A stretch of 62,044 bases of DNA, the filler included. It is 5 parts of 5 records of this genome, joined end to end, with 100 filler letters (N's around TTAATTAATTAA, not from the genome) between each part and the next. Parts side by side here need not be neighbours in the genome. Positions count along the whole stretch, not along the records: positions 1 to 31,473 come from SRR20825010_4206; 4 more parts are not named here. The stretch is one strand, 5' to 3'. Below the pieces are notes generated by a model. That model did not search any database. It saw nothing but the letters and a program-made list of their open reading frames with translations, and was not told the DNA's origin. Made by a program: the position numbers and the translations under genes. Below, one piece after another: positions 1 through 10,452 of the stretch (its first letter is position 1; every line of letters starts with the position of its first letter).

Positions 1-1
1 C

Positions 2-1420
<1,419 letters not shown>

Positions 1421-1463
1421 TCACGGCGGGTTTTTGATCGGACCCGGGTTATCCGGGGATACG

Positions 1464-1492
1464 AAAAAGGCGACCTGGTGGTCGCCTTTTTT
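1464..1492. terminator. Bidirectional intrinsic terminator
   Basis: AAAAAGGCGACC-TGGT-GGTCGCCTTTTTT between convergent gyrB and the membrane-protein gene. Confidence 0.85.
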
Positions 1493-1563
1493 ATTTATAA
1501 TTCAGTTATTTAGAGGAATTCAGTATTTCTGACTGGCGTCAGCTACCGTTACCTGTGGATGTG

Positions 1564-2304
1564 TCAGACGGACTTGTTGTCGTGCTGGGCCGCAAGGTGC
1601 GGCGCCATAACATCCTCAAGGGTGTAGCCGGTGAGCCGGCGAATGGAACGCCAGAGGTAGTAGAAAATGGCGATCATCATGATCATCGAGGGAATAGCGA
1701 TCATGGGATAACTCACCAAGGTCATCCTGCCCAGTTCTTCATTGAACGCCTGGGTTCCGGACGGGCTGGTGACAATCCACTTGGCCAGCACGAAATTCAT
1801 GATGGAGGAGAACAGAAAGGTCAGGCTGAAGAAATAGCTGGCCTTGAGCAGGCGGGCCTCGAACTCTTCCTCACTTCCGTTTTCTTTCAGCACCGCCTGA
1901 ATCTTGTCCACGTTGAGCACGGACGGGTTGTACAGCAGCGTTCTAACCAGCGGATAGCGTGTACGGGTTGAAACAAGCACGGCAATACCGATGACGGCGG
2001 GAACAGCCGCTTCCTTGATCGCCAGCCAGCCGGCATCCAGCTCCATCAGGCCGATACCGCCGGTCAAACCGACGCTGACAATGCCGAGCACCGCAATAAA
2101 GTTGTACTTGCGATAGCGCACCAACTCGAACAGTCCCCATCCAAGGGGGAACGCAAGCCCGATGACCAGGGCCATGACACTGCCCAAATATTCATCCCCG
2201 CTCAACTTCATCAGAATGACGGAGGGAATGATGATACTCACGAGTAGATCAACCCAGGGCCTTGGCTTGTGGGTCGGTGGAGATTGGATTTCCGGGTCGG
2301 TCAT
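1564..2304 (-). CDS. VC0807-family integral membrane protein
   Basis: 246 aa, about 6 hydrophobic segments; motifs LLVSIIIPSVILMKLS, WLAIKEAAVP, AFNEELGRMT. Confidence 0.7.
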   Translation of the reverse strand: MTDPEIQSPPTHKPRPWVDLLVSIIIPSVILMKLSGDEYLGSVMALVIGLAFPLGWGLFELVRYRKYNFIAVLGIVSVGLTGGIGLMELDAGWLAIKEAAVPAVIGIAVLVSTRTRYPLVRTLLYNPSVLNVDKIQAVLKENGSEEEFEARLLKASYFFSLTFLFSSIMNFVLAKWIVTSPSGTQAFNEELGRMTLVSYPMIAIPSMIMMIAIFYYLWRSIRRLTGYTLEDVMAPHLAAQHDNKSV

Positions 2305-2467
2305 AAATCAGCCTGATCGTTCGGGGAAGTGATGCCGGTGGAATCCAGCATACCGAAAAAGTCGTCAGGCAGTATACGATGAAACCGTGAGTGTGAGTAA
2401 CCGAGGTCGGCGGTACCGGCCCGCTAACGCGGGCCGTTTCAGTTGGTGTGGTAGTGGCAGATGCGCT

Positions 2468-4183
2468 TCAGAAAGAACCGGAAGTGGAACTGCTGGTGCC
2501 CTCACCTGCGGTCTGTACCAGGTTATTATCCCCTGACTGCCACTGCTGCTGGGCGCTGGGATCGGTTTCGCTGCGCTTCAGGCATTTCCACTCGATGGAG
2601 GTCTCCGCTGGTAGATTGATCGACCCACTCCAGGTTGGGTAGGCTGTTGGATCCAGTTTTACCGCATCGGCAGGTGACCAGTTACCCAAAGCATTGTTGT
2701 TGCCGGTAACGTACACACTTTGCCCCATGGTGGTAGTGCCGTTCTGGCACTGGAAGGTGACGGATGCCGTCCCTGCTGTTGGCGGATTGGGATCGCTTCC
2801 GTCACAGGGGGCACCGCTATGAAGTGCCGCTGCCTCCATCGCCGGTACCGTCAGTGCCACCTGGCCATTCTGCACCGTTACGCAGGCACCGTTGCCAGCC
2901 ACATTGCGATAGTTTCCATCGGCCAGCCCGGTGCTGAAAGTCCGTGACAGTGTGCTGCCTTCACGGTTGATGGCGACGAACCCCTTATTGCCCCGACTAA
3001 AGGCGATCTGGTTATTGCCATTGTCCCACCAGCTGTTCACGCCCTGGCCGTCGGTCTCAGCCCGGAAGGCAACCATGTTGGCAATGGAGTCCCAGCGATG
3101 TTCGCATACCCAGGCGGAGCCGCACTGAGCAGTGCCGTTCTGGTAGACGTTTTGGGCTGGAGGGCCCTGGTCACCGTTGGAAAATGCGTAGCTCGACATG
3201 ACCTTGGGGTAGCCATAAGGCCAGCCCAGCATGAACACGTTGGCCAGGTTGTAGAGATCACCATCCTTGTAGGTCAACACATTGCTGCCACCGGCACCGT
3301 GGCCACGTTGGTTGTCATGGTTGTCGGTGAATACAACGGCATCACCGCCGGACAGGAAGCCCCAGCTCTCACCAAAGGCGTTGAGGTTGGCCAGTTGCTG
3401 GTTCTTGAAGACGTTGCCGATGGACGCGCTGTAGCGGAACTCGGTGACGTCTGACGTACCCGTGTACTCAGTGGCACTGACGGCTTCGCCACCCAGGTCG
3501 ATCACCTCCTGGAATACGTACAGCGGGCCGCCGGCCTGATTGATGACGGCGCCGATATCACCGGGCGACATATGTTTGGCGGCATCCACCCGTATACCCT
3601 TCACACCCAGCGAAGTGAGCTGATTGAGATAGCCGGCCAGAGTGTCGCGCACGTAGCCGCTTCCGGTATCCAGGTCCGGTAAGCCGACGAGGCGGCAATT
3701 GCGAACGCGCCAGGCATCCGAACTGTAATCCGAGCCGTTGATACTGCATTCGGCGTGGAAATCATTGCCACTGTAGATAGGATAGGTCAGGGAATCGCTG
3801 CTGTAATAGGACCCGGCGGTGCCGGTTCCCGTACCATTGGCGGTATGGTTGATCACTGCATCCACGTAAACATCCACTCCGGCCGAGTTGCAGCGCGAAA
3901 CCATGTTAGCGAACTGGTTGGCGTTACCACTGCGGCTCTGGAGCTGGTAGCTGACCGGTTGATAGCGCGTCCACCAGGCGCTGCCCTGAATGTGTTCCTG
4001 CGGCGGTGACACCTGAACGGCGCTGTAACCCTTGGGCCCAAGAAACTGTTCACATTCAGTGGCGACATCGCTCCACTTCCATTCGAACAGATGGACAAAG
4101 GTACCGGCGTGGGCGGTATTAATGGGCAACGCAAGTGTCAGGCCGAGACTGACACCGGTTACCAGGCGTTGTATGGAGATCAT
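2468..4183 (-). CDS. Secreted alpha-amylase (GH13, animal/actinomycete-like) with C-terminal CBM20 starch-binding domain
   Basis: Signal peptide ending AHA; FVHLFEW, DAVINH, GIRVDAAKH, QEVID, FTDNHD catalytic regions; Pro/Thr linker; CBM20 motifs GQSVYVTGN..LGNW..YPTW..EWK. Confidence 0.95.
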   Translation of the reverse strand: MISIQRLVTGVSLGLTLALPINTAHAGTFVHLFEWKWSDVATECEQFLGPKGYSAVQVSPPQEHIQGSAWWTRYQPVSYQLQSRSGNANQFANMVSRCNSAGVDVYVDAVINHTANGTGTGTAGSYYSSDSLTYPIYSGNDFHAECSINGSDYSSDAWRVRNCRLVGLPDLDTGSGYVRDTLAGYLNQLTSLGVKGIRVDAAKHMSPGDIGAVINQAGGPLYVFQEVIDLGGEAVSATEYTGTSDVTEFRYSASIGNVFKNQQLANLNAFGESWGFLSGGDAVVFTDNHDNQRGHGAGGSNVLTYKDGDLYNLANVFMLGWPYGYPKVMSSYAFSNGDQGPPAQNVYQNGTAQCGSAWVCEHRWDSIANMVAFRAETDGQGVNSWWDNGNNQIAFSRGNKGFVAINREGSTLSRTFSTGLADGNYRNVAGNGACVTVQNGQVALTVPAMEAAALHSGAPCDGSDPNPPTAGTASVTFQCQNGTTTMGQSVYVTGNNNALGNWSPADAVKLDPTAYPTWSGSINLPAETSIEWKCLKRSETDPSAQQQWQSGDNNLVQTAGEGTSSSTSGSF

Positions 4184-4293
4184 TGTGTGCTCCTGTCTTG
4201 TATTTGTTGTGGAGACGATCCAATGGCCACTGCCGGCTGTTGACGGCAGTTGTGGATGTCCATCGTCAACATGAAGTGTTCAATCGTTAGCCA

Positions 4294-4339
4294 AAACATC
4301 CTTTCAGGCAGTTTGCGGGGAGTAGTCAGGGGGAGGAGT
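4294..4339 (-). promoter_or_regulatory. MalT-like binding sites upstream of the amylase
   Basis: GGGGAGTAGT (4317-4326) and GGGGAGGAGT (4330-4339) as direct repeats 3 bp apart, plus an inverted AAGGATGTTT (4294-4303); MalT consensus GGGGA(T/G)GAGG. Confidence 0.55.
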
Positions 4340-4447
4340 TGCAATATTTACGTAGCTTCTGAATACGTGTCACTAAACTGAAACACGCCTGCCAGTGGGA
4401 TCGGTTAAGCTTGCAGCCGGTGTTTTGACGGGGCTTTAGGAGGAAGC

Positions 4448-5188
4448 ATGAAGATCATTGCGTTTTACAGCCTTAAAGGCGGTGTCGGTAAAACCGCTGC
4501 GGCTGTAAACATTGCCTACCTGGCCAGCCAGGCTGGCATTCCCACCCTGTTATGGGATCTCGACCCTCAGGGCGCGGCCAGCTGGTACCTGGCGGGAACC
4601 GACGAGATCAAGGGTCGGAAACTGGCTGCACTGATGGATGGCAAGACCCCCATCGGCAAATTCATTCGGGCCAGCGCCTACCCTGACCTAGATTTTATCC
4701 CGGCCCATAACAGTTTTCGCAACCTTGATGTCCGGCTGGATAAGGACGACAGCGCCAATACCCTCAAAAACTGGCTGGCGCCGCTATCCGAGGAAACCAG
4801 CCTGGTCGTACTGGATTGCCCGCCCTCGATGTCGCGGTTGTCCGAGCAGGTGTTGAAAACCGCCGATGGCGTGTTCGTGCCGGTGGTTCCGACCTGGCTC
4901 GCTCTGAATAGCTGGCAACAGCTCCAGGCCTTCGCCAAGGACAAGAAGCTCAAACCCGGTCGTCTGCACCCGTTTTTCTCCATCGTGGACCGCCGCAAGA
5001 ATCTGCATCGCGAGATGGTGATCCATCGCAAACAGCGCCTCGAGAATGGGCTGAACGCGCTGATTCCCAATGCCAGTGTGGTGGAGAAGATGGGTGAGAG
5101 TGGCCAGCCGGTGGAACTGATGGATCGGTCATCCGCAGCTGCCGATGCCTATCGGCGCTTGTGGAAGGAAATCAGGAAGTTGATCTAG
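4448..5188 (+). CDS. Orphan ParA/Soj-family ATPase
   Basis: Deviant Walker A KGGVGKT, DLDPQG, LDCPP; RBS GGAGG upstream; no parB adjacent. Confidence 0.9.
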   Translation: MKIIAFYSLKGGVGKTAAAVNIAYLASQAGIPTLLWDLDPQGAASWYLAGTDEIKGRKLAALMDGKTPIGKFIRASAYPDLDFIPAHNSFRNLDVRLDKDDSANTLKNWLAPLSEETSLVVLDCPPSMSRLSEQVLKTADGVFVPVVPTWLALNSWQQLQAFAKDKKLKPGRLHPFFSIVDRRKNLHREMVIHRKQRLENGLNALIPNASVVEKMGESGQPVELMDRSSAAADAYRRLWKEIRKLI

Positions 5189-5204
5189 AACGGATAGAGC
5201 CCAT

Positions 5205-5240
5205 AAAAAAACGCTGGTCAGCTTCACACTGACCAGCGTT
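5205..5240 (-). terminator. Intrinsic terminator for gabT
   Basis: 12-bp stem AACGCTGGTCAG/CTGACCAGCGTT with an A-tract at 5205-5211. Confidence 0.8.
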
Positions 5241-5284
5241 CCGGTATACAGCGGCAGGTGTGTTAATGACCCTGCCAGAAGGTG

Positions 5285-6559
5285 TTAGCCCACCTCTTTC
5301 AGTGCCTGCTCAACGATCGCCAGGCCTTCCTCAAGAATATTGTCCTCGATGGTGACCGGCATCAGGAAACGCAAGGTATTGCCGTACATACCGCAGCTCA
5401 GCAGGATCAGGCCATTTTCCTTGGCTTTCTTGGTAACGGCCGCCGCCAGGTCTGCCCGCGGTTCCTTGCTGGTCTTGTCGGTGACCAGTTCAATGGCAGC
5501 CATGGGCCCGAGGTTGCGCACGTTGTCCACGTGGGGGAACTGTTCCTGCCACTGGTCAAAGCGTTTGCGCAGGGTGTCACCCAGGCGCTGACTCTTGCCC
5601 AGAATGTCTTCTTCCTTGAACACGTCAAATACTGCCAGGGCTGCCGCACAGGCCGTCGGGCTGCCGGTGTAGGTGCCGCCGAGGGAGTTCGGGCCGGACG
5701 AGTCCATAACCTTGTCGGTACCGACTATGGCAGAAATCGGCATGCCATCGGCCATACTCTTGGCCATGGTCATCATGTCGGGCTCAACACCGCTGTGTTC
5801 AATGGCGAACATCTTGCCGGTCCGACCAAAGCCGCTCTGAACCTCATCTGCGATCATCAGAATGCCGTTTTCATCGCAGATCTTGCGAATTTCTTTGAGG
5901 AAGCTGGCTGGTGCGGCGTAGAAACCGCCTTCACCCAACACCGGCTCAATCACGATGGCGGCTGTCTCATTGCCGGGTGAATCAGCCTTCATGGCCATCT
6001 TCAGGCCACGGAGCGCTTCATCCTCACTGACACCGTGATAGGGAACCGGATAGGGGGCGCGGAAGACGGTGCCCGGCATTGGGCCGAAATCGGTCTGATA
6101 GGGAGCGGCTTTGCCGTTCATGGCCATGGTGTAGAAGGTACGGCCGTGATAACCGCCGTCAAAGCAGATCACATTGGTTTTGCCGGTCGCCGCGCGGGCG
6201 ATCTTCATGGCGTTTTCCAGGGCTTCTGCGCCGGAGTTGGCCAGCATGACCTTGGCGTGGCCCTTTACCGGAACCACTTCACTGAGCTTCTGCGCCAGCT
6301 TTACATAGCCCTCGTAGGGCATGACGGTCTGGCAGGTGTGCATCAGCTTGTCCAACTGCGCCTTCACCGCTTCAACCACTTTGGGGTGACGATGGCCGAT
6401 ATTCAGTACACCAATGCCGCCGGCGAAGTCGATCATACGCTTGCCATCGGCATCCCAGAGCTCGGCATTGGTCGCATGGTCGGCAAACTGCTCGTTGGGG
6501 CTGGCAGCACCGGCCGCGACATAACGTTCTTTGAGTGCCTGCAATTCTTTGTTCGTCAC
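5285..6559 (-). CDS. gabT: 4-aminobutyrate (or 5-aminovalerate) aminotransferase, class III PLP
   Basis: IDFAGGIGVLNIGH, NSGAEALENAMK, EPVLGEGG, ADEVQSGFGRTG, AKS lysine; start moved to GTG 6559 behind GGAGAGG. Confidence 0.9.
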   Translation of the reverse strand: MTNKELQALKERYVAAGAASPNEQFADHATNAELWDADGKRMIDFAGGIGVLNIGHRHPKVVEAVKAQLDKLMHTCQTVMPYEGYVKLAQKLSEVVPVKGHAKVMLANSGAEALENAMKIARAATGKTNVICFDGGYHGRTFYTMAMNGKAAPYQTDFGPMPGTVFRAPYPVPYHGVSEDEALRGLKMAMKADSPGNETAAIVIEPVLGEGGFYAAPASFLKEIRKICDENGILMIADEVQSGFGRTGKMFAIEHSGVEPDMMTMAKSMADGMPISAIVGTDKVMDSSGPNSLGGTYTGSPTACAAALAVFDVFKEEDILGKSQRLGDTLRKRFDQWQEQFPHVDNVRNLGPMAAIELVTDKTSKEPRADLAAAVTKKAKENGLILLSCGMYGNTLRFLMPVTIEDNILEEGLAIVEQALKEVG

Positions 6560-6640
6560 TTTGCCTCTCCTCGAATTCGGTTTGGTACTGTCAGCATACA
6601 CGAAATGATGGCCCGGTTTGAAAACCCGGCCCTGTTGTTT

Positions 6641-8410
6641 CTACGTACTGCGGCCGCCAATGTCCTCCCGGAACTGAAGTTCCGCAAGTCTCCGGTACAG
6701 CGGATTCCGTTCGACAAGTTCATCGTGGTTGCCGATATCCTGAATAATTCCGGCGTCCATCACAATGATACGATCGGCGTGCCTGACGGTGGCCAACCGG
6801 TGTGCGATGACCAATGTCGTGCGGTTGGACATCAGTCCCGGCATGGCTTGCTGGATCAGGTGTTCGCTTTCTGCATCCAGTGCGCTGGTCGCCTCATCCA
6901 ATAACAGTATAGGCGCATCCGCAAGCAGTGCGCGGGCAATCGCCAGCCGCTGCTTCTGGCCCCCCGATAGCCCGAGACCCGTATCGCCCAGTGGCGTTTC
7001 ATAGCCTTTTGGCAGTTTGCGGATAAACTCATCGGCATGGGCAATCCTGGCGGCCTCCACCATGGCAGTGTCGCTGGCCTCCGGTCGGGCGTAGCGGATG
7101 TTATCGGCAATGGTGCCGTGAAACAGCGCGGGGTTCTGTGGCACCAGCGCAAAGCATTGGCGCAGGTCTGTAAGCGCTAACTTACGACTGTCAACGCCGT
7201 CGATAAGAATCCGCCCCGTGTCGGGGTCATAGAACCTCAAGAGCAGATCGAACAACGTAGACTTTCCAGCCCCGGAGGGACCAACCAGGGCCACGGTTTC
7301 GCCTGCCTGGATGTGAAGTGAAAGGCTTTGCAGAACCTCGATATCGCGACGGGCCGGATAGGAAAAGGTCAGATTGCTGATCTCGATGTCGCCGCGAAGG
7401 GGGTCGGGCAGAGCCTGGGTGGCGTTTGCCCCACTGAGGATTTCACTGGGTGTCTGCAGCAGCTCGAAAATCCGCGCCGCTGCCCCGGCTGCGCGCTGCA
7501 ACTCACCAATCACTTCACTGATGGCGCCGGCGGCCAGTCCCACCAACAGGCTGTAGAATACAAATGCCGCCAGCTCGCCCGGGCTGGTACGACCTGAGAT
7601 CACATCCAGCCCGCCAATCCAGATCACCACGCCAATGGCACCCATAACCAGGGTAATGGCGATGGTGGTCAGCCAGGCCCGCTGGCGAATCCTCACACGG
7701 GCAATCTCGAAGGCATTTTCCGCCACCTGTGAGAAAAACCGGCGGTCATGAGGCTGATGGTTGAACGCCTGCACCGTCTTGATCTGGGTGAGGTTCTCCC
7801 CCACGTAGCTGCCCACTTCCGCGACCCGGTCCTGGCTCAGCCTGGACAGCTGCCGCACACGGCGACCATAGATCAGGATGGGAATGATCACCAGTGGGAA
7901 GCCGAGGATGATGATACCGGCAAGTTTGGCATTGGTTATGAAGAGCAGGATCAGACCGCCCACCAGCATCAGGGTGTTGCGCAGCGCGATGGAGACCGTG
8001 GAGCCGATGACGGATTGCAGCACTGTCGTGTCAGCGGTAAACCGCGACTGTATTTCCAGGCTTCGGTTCTTCTCGTAGAAGCCAGGGTGAAGGTCGATCA
8101 GATGGTTAAAGACCTGCTTTCTAATATCGGCCACCACCCTTTCCCCAATCCAGGACACCAGATAAAAACGAGCGAAGGAGCCAATGGCGAGACCAATCAC
8201 CAGGACAAAAAACAGCCCAACCGCTTTGGACAACATCGCGGGAGACTGCGTGGCAAGGCCCTGGTCCACCAGAATCCGTAGGCCCTGACCAAGTGCAAGT
8301 GTGATGCCGGCTGTAATAACCAGAGCCACGAGAGCGCCGGCAACAGCCCTTTTGTAAGGGCTGATGAAATCGATAACCAGCCTCAGGGCTTTTCGGTGAC
8401 GGGTGTTGAT
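6641..8410 (-). CDS. MsbA-like ABC exporter (fused permease-ATPase); probable ATC start at 8410, otherwise GTG 8329
   Basis: TM domain plus GPSGAGKST, LSGGQKQR, LLLDEATSALD, IAHRL; GGAGG lies 6 nt before an in-frame ATC. Confidence 0.9.
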   Translation of the reverse strand: MNTRHRKALRLVIDFISPYKRAVAGALVALVITAGITLALGQGLRILVDQGLATQSPAMLSKAVGLFFVLVIGLAIGSFARFYLVSWIGERVVADIRKQVFNHLIDLHPGFYEKNRSLEIQSRFTADTTVLQSVIGSTVSIALRNTLMLVGGLILLFITNAKLAGIIILGFPLVIIPILIYGRRVRQLSRLSQDRVAEVGSYVGENLTQIKTVQAFNHQPHDRRFFSQVAENAFEIARVRIRQRAWLTTIAITLVMGAIGVVIWIGGLDVISGRTSPGELAAFVFYSLLVGLAAGAISEVIGELQRAAGAAARIFELLQTPSEILSGANATQALPDPLRGDIEISNLTFSYPARRDIEVLQSLSLHIQAGETVALVGPSGAGKSTLFDLLLRFYDPDTGRILIDGVDSRKLALTDLRQCFALVPQNPALFHGTIADNIRYARPEASDTAMVEAARIAHADEFIRKLPKGYETPLGDTGLGLSGGQKQRLAIARALLADAPILLLDEATSALDAESEHLIQQAMPGLMSNRTTLVIAHRLATVRHADRIIVMDAGIIQDIGNHDELVERNPLYRRLAELQFREDIGGRST

Positions 8411-8496
8411 GGTGTGCCTCCAGGATAAGGGGTACTGTAAACTCCGATAACAATACGGTTTTTACTCGTATTAGAACCTATCATACAGCTACGTAA

Positions 8497-8614
8497 GAGC
8501 GTGCGGGGTGGGACTTGTCTGCCAGGACCGTCAAAAGCCATGGATGGCTTTTGTCGAGCGTACAGGGACGTATCTACAGCGTGTCCTGGCAGACAAGTCC
8601 CATCTCGTGCGCTC
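8497..8614 (+). repeat. 118-nt nested inverted-repeat element (REP/MITE-like or structured RNA)
   Basis: 32-nt arms 8497-8528 and 8583-8614; inner hairpin CAAAAGCCA-TGGA-TGGCTTTTG at 8532-8553. Confidence 0.75.
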
Positions 8615-8643
8615 GACTACTCCGTTATTGAAGGGAAACCCGA

Positions 8644-10452
8644 GTGCGCGCCTACGCTGACAACGAGTACCCCGCCAACCACAAACCCGACTGGAAAGTC
8701 ATCGCCGGCCTATGGCCCTATCTGGCGGAATTCCGTGGTCGAGTCATGCTGGCACTGGGGTTCCTGATCTTCTCCAAACTGGCCACGGTCGCCACACCGG
8801 TCGCCTTGAAATACATCGTCGACTACCTGGACGAAAATCAGGGCGGCGAGGTACTGCTGTGGATACCGGTCATACTGGTCGTCGCCTACGGCCTGCTCCG
8901 ATTTGGCAGCACCCTGTTCAGCGAATTGCGGGACGCGGTGTTCGCCCGAGTCGCGGAACGGGCCATGCGACGAGTGTCACTGAGGGTTTTCGAACATCTG
9001 CACAACCGGGAGCTGTCCTTTCACCTGGACCGGAAAACCGGCGGACTGGCCCGGGACATTGAACGGGGCACCAACGGCATTAGCTTCCTGCTGCGTTTCA
9101 CCCTCTTCAACATTGTCCCCACCCTCCTCGAAATCCTGATGGTGGCCGGTATTCTCTTCGTGGTGTTCAACGTGGGCTATGTGCTGGCGATCCTGGTAGC
9201 GGTGGTGGTGTATGTGGTGTTTTCCATCAAGGTGACCGAGTGGCGCACGAAATACGTGCGCGAAGCCAATGCCCGGGACAACCAGTCCAATTCCCGCGCA
9301 GTCGACAGCCTGCTCAACTACGAGACCGTAAAGTATTTCAATAACGAACGCTTCGAGGCAGAGCTCTACGACAAGGACCTGGATGACTGGGAACAGGCAC
9401 GGCTCAAAAACCGGCTGTCGCTGGCCGCCCTGAACTCGGGCCAGGCCCTGATCATCGGTGTGGCGATGATCGTCATCATGGCCATGGCAGTGCAGGAAGT
9501 CGCCAGTGGTGAGATCACCCTGGGGGATTTCACCATGATTAATGCCTACCTGTTACAGCTGTTTATACCGCTCAATGCACTGGGGTTCGTGTATCGGGAG
9601 ATCCGCCAGGCGCTGGTGAATGTGGAACGGCTGTTCGGGTTGCTCGGCGACGAACCGGTCATTGAGGACGCGCCGAACGCCAAAGCGTTGGTGGTGGACA
9701 AAGGCGAGGTTCGTTTCGACCAGGTTCACTTTGGTTATCGTCCCAACCGTCAGATCCTCCGGAACGTGAGTTTCTCAATTCCCGCTGGGCACACCGTAGC
9801 CGTCGTGGGCGCCAGCGGCGCGGGGAAATCGACCCTCGCCCGCCTGCTTTTCCGGTTTTACGATGTGAACCGGGGCAGTATCACCATCGATGGTCAGGAT
9901 ATCCGTGAGGTCACCCAGGACAGCCTGCGTTCCGCCATTGGCGTGGTGCCCCAGGATACGGTGCTGTTCAACGACACGCTTTTTCGGAACCTGGCTTACG
10001 GTCGGCCTGATGCCAGCGAGGAAGAGGTGTACCGGGCAGCCCGAATGGCGCACCTGGAACAGTTTATCCACAGCCTGCCCGATGGCTATAACACACAGGT
10101 TGGTGAGCGGGGGCTGAAACTTTCCGGCGGCGAGAAACAGCGGGTCGCCATTGCCCGGGTACTTCTCAAGAACCCACCGTTATTGATTCTGGACGAAGCC
10201 ACATCTTCTCTGGATTCGCTGTCTGAACAGGCGATTCTGGGGGCCTTGAAGGAAGTCAGCCGCCAGCGCACCTCCCTGGTTATCGCTCATCGGCTGTCGA
10301 CGACGCGCGATGCGGATACCATTCTGGTGATGGACGGCGGCTGTATTGTCGAGAGTGGCAACCACGTCGAGCTGCTGGGCCAGAAGGGGCATTACGCCAG
10401 GCTCTGGGAACAGCAGCATCGAACTGGTGATGATGGTCAGGCAAGCCCCTGA
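8644..10452 (+). CDS. ATM1/ABCB7-family ABC exporter
   Basis: FHLDRKTGGLARDIERG, DSLLNYETVKYF, GASGAGKST, LSGGEKQR motifs of Atm1-type transporters. Confidence 0.93.
   Translation: MRAYADNEYPANHKPDWKVIAGLWPYLAEFRGRVMLALGFLIFSKLATVATPVALKYIVDYLDENQGGEVLLWIPVILVVAYGLLRFGSTLFSELRDAVFARVAERAMRRVSLRVFEHLHNRELSFHLDRKTGGLARDIERGTNGISFLLRFTLFNIVPTLLEILMVAGILFVVFNVGYVLAILVAVVVYVVFSIKVTEWRTKYVREANARDNQSNSRAVDSLLNYETVKYFNNERFEAELYDKDLDDWEQARLKNRLSLAALNSGQALIIGVAMIVIMAMAVQEVASGEITLGDFTMINAYLLQLFIPLNALGFVYREIRQALVNVERLFGLLGDEPVIEDAPNAKALVVDKGEVRFDQVHFGYRPNRQILRNVSFSIPAGHTVAVVGASGAGKSTLARLLFRFYDVNRGSITIDGQDIREVTQDSLRSAIGVVPQDTVLFNDTLFRNLAYGRPDASEEEVYRAARMAHLEQFIHSLPDGYNTQVGERGLKLSGGEKQRVAIARVLLKNPPLLILDEATSSLDSLSEQAILGALKEVSRQRTSLVIAHRLSTTRDADTILVMDGGCIVESGNHVELLGQKGHYARLWEQQHRTGDDGQASP

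Noticed and set aside
4448..5188. ParA as a plasmid or ICE partition module
   Set aside because: No parB, parS or replication gene; orphan ParA genes are common
10437..10452. Convergent 3' overlaps (ATM1-like/BCCT; also 55902-55913)
   Set aside because: Short tail-to-tail overlaps are commonplace
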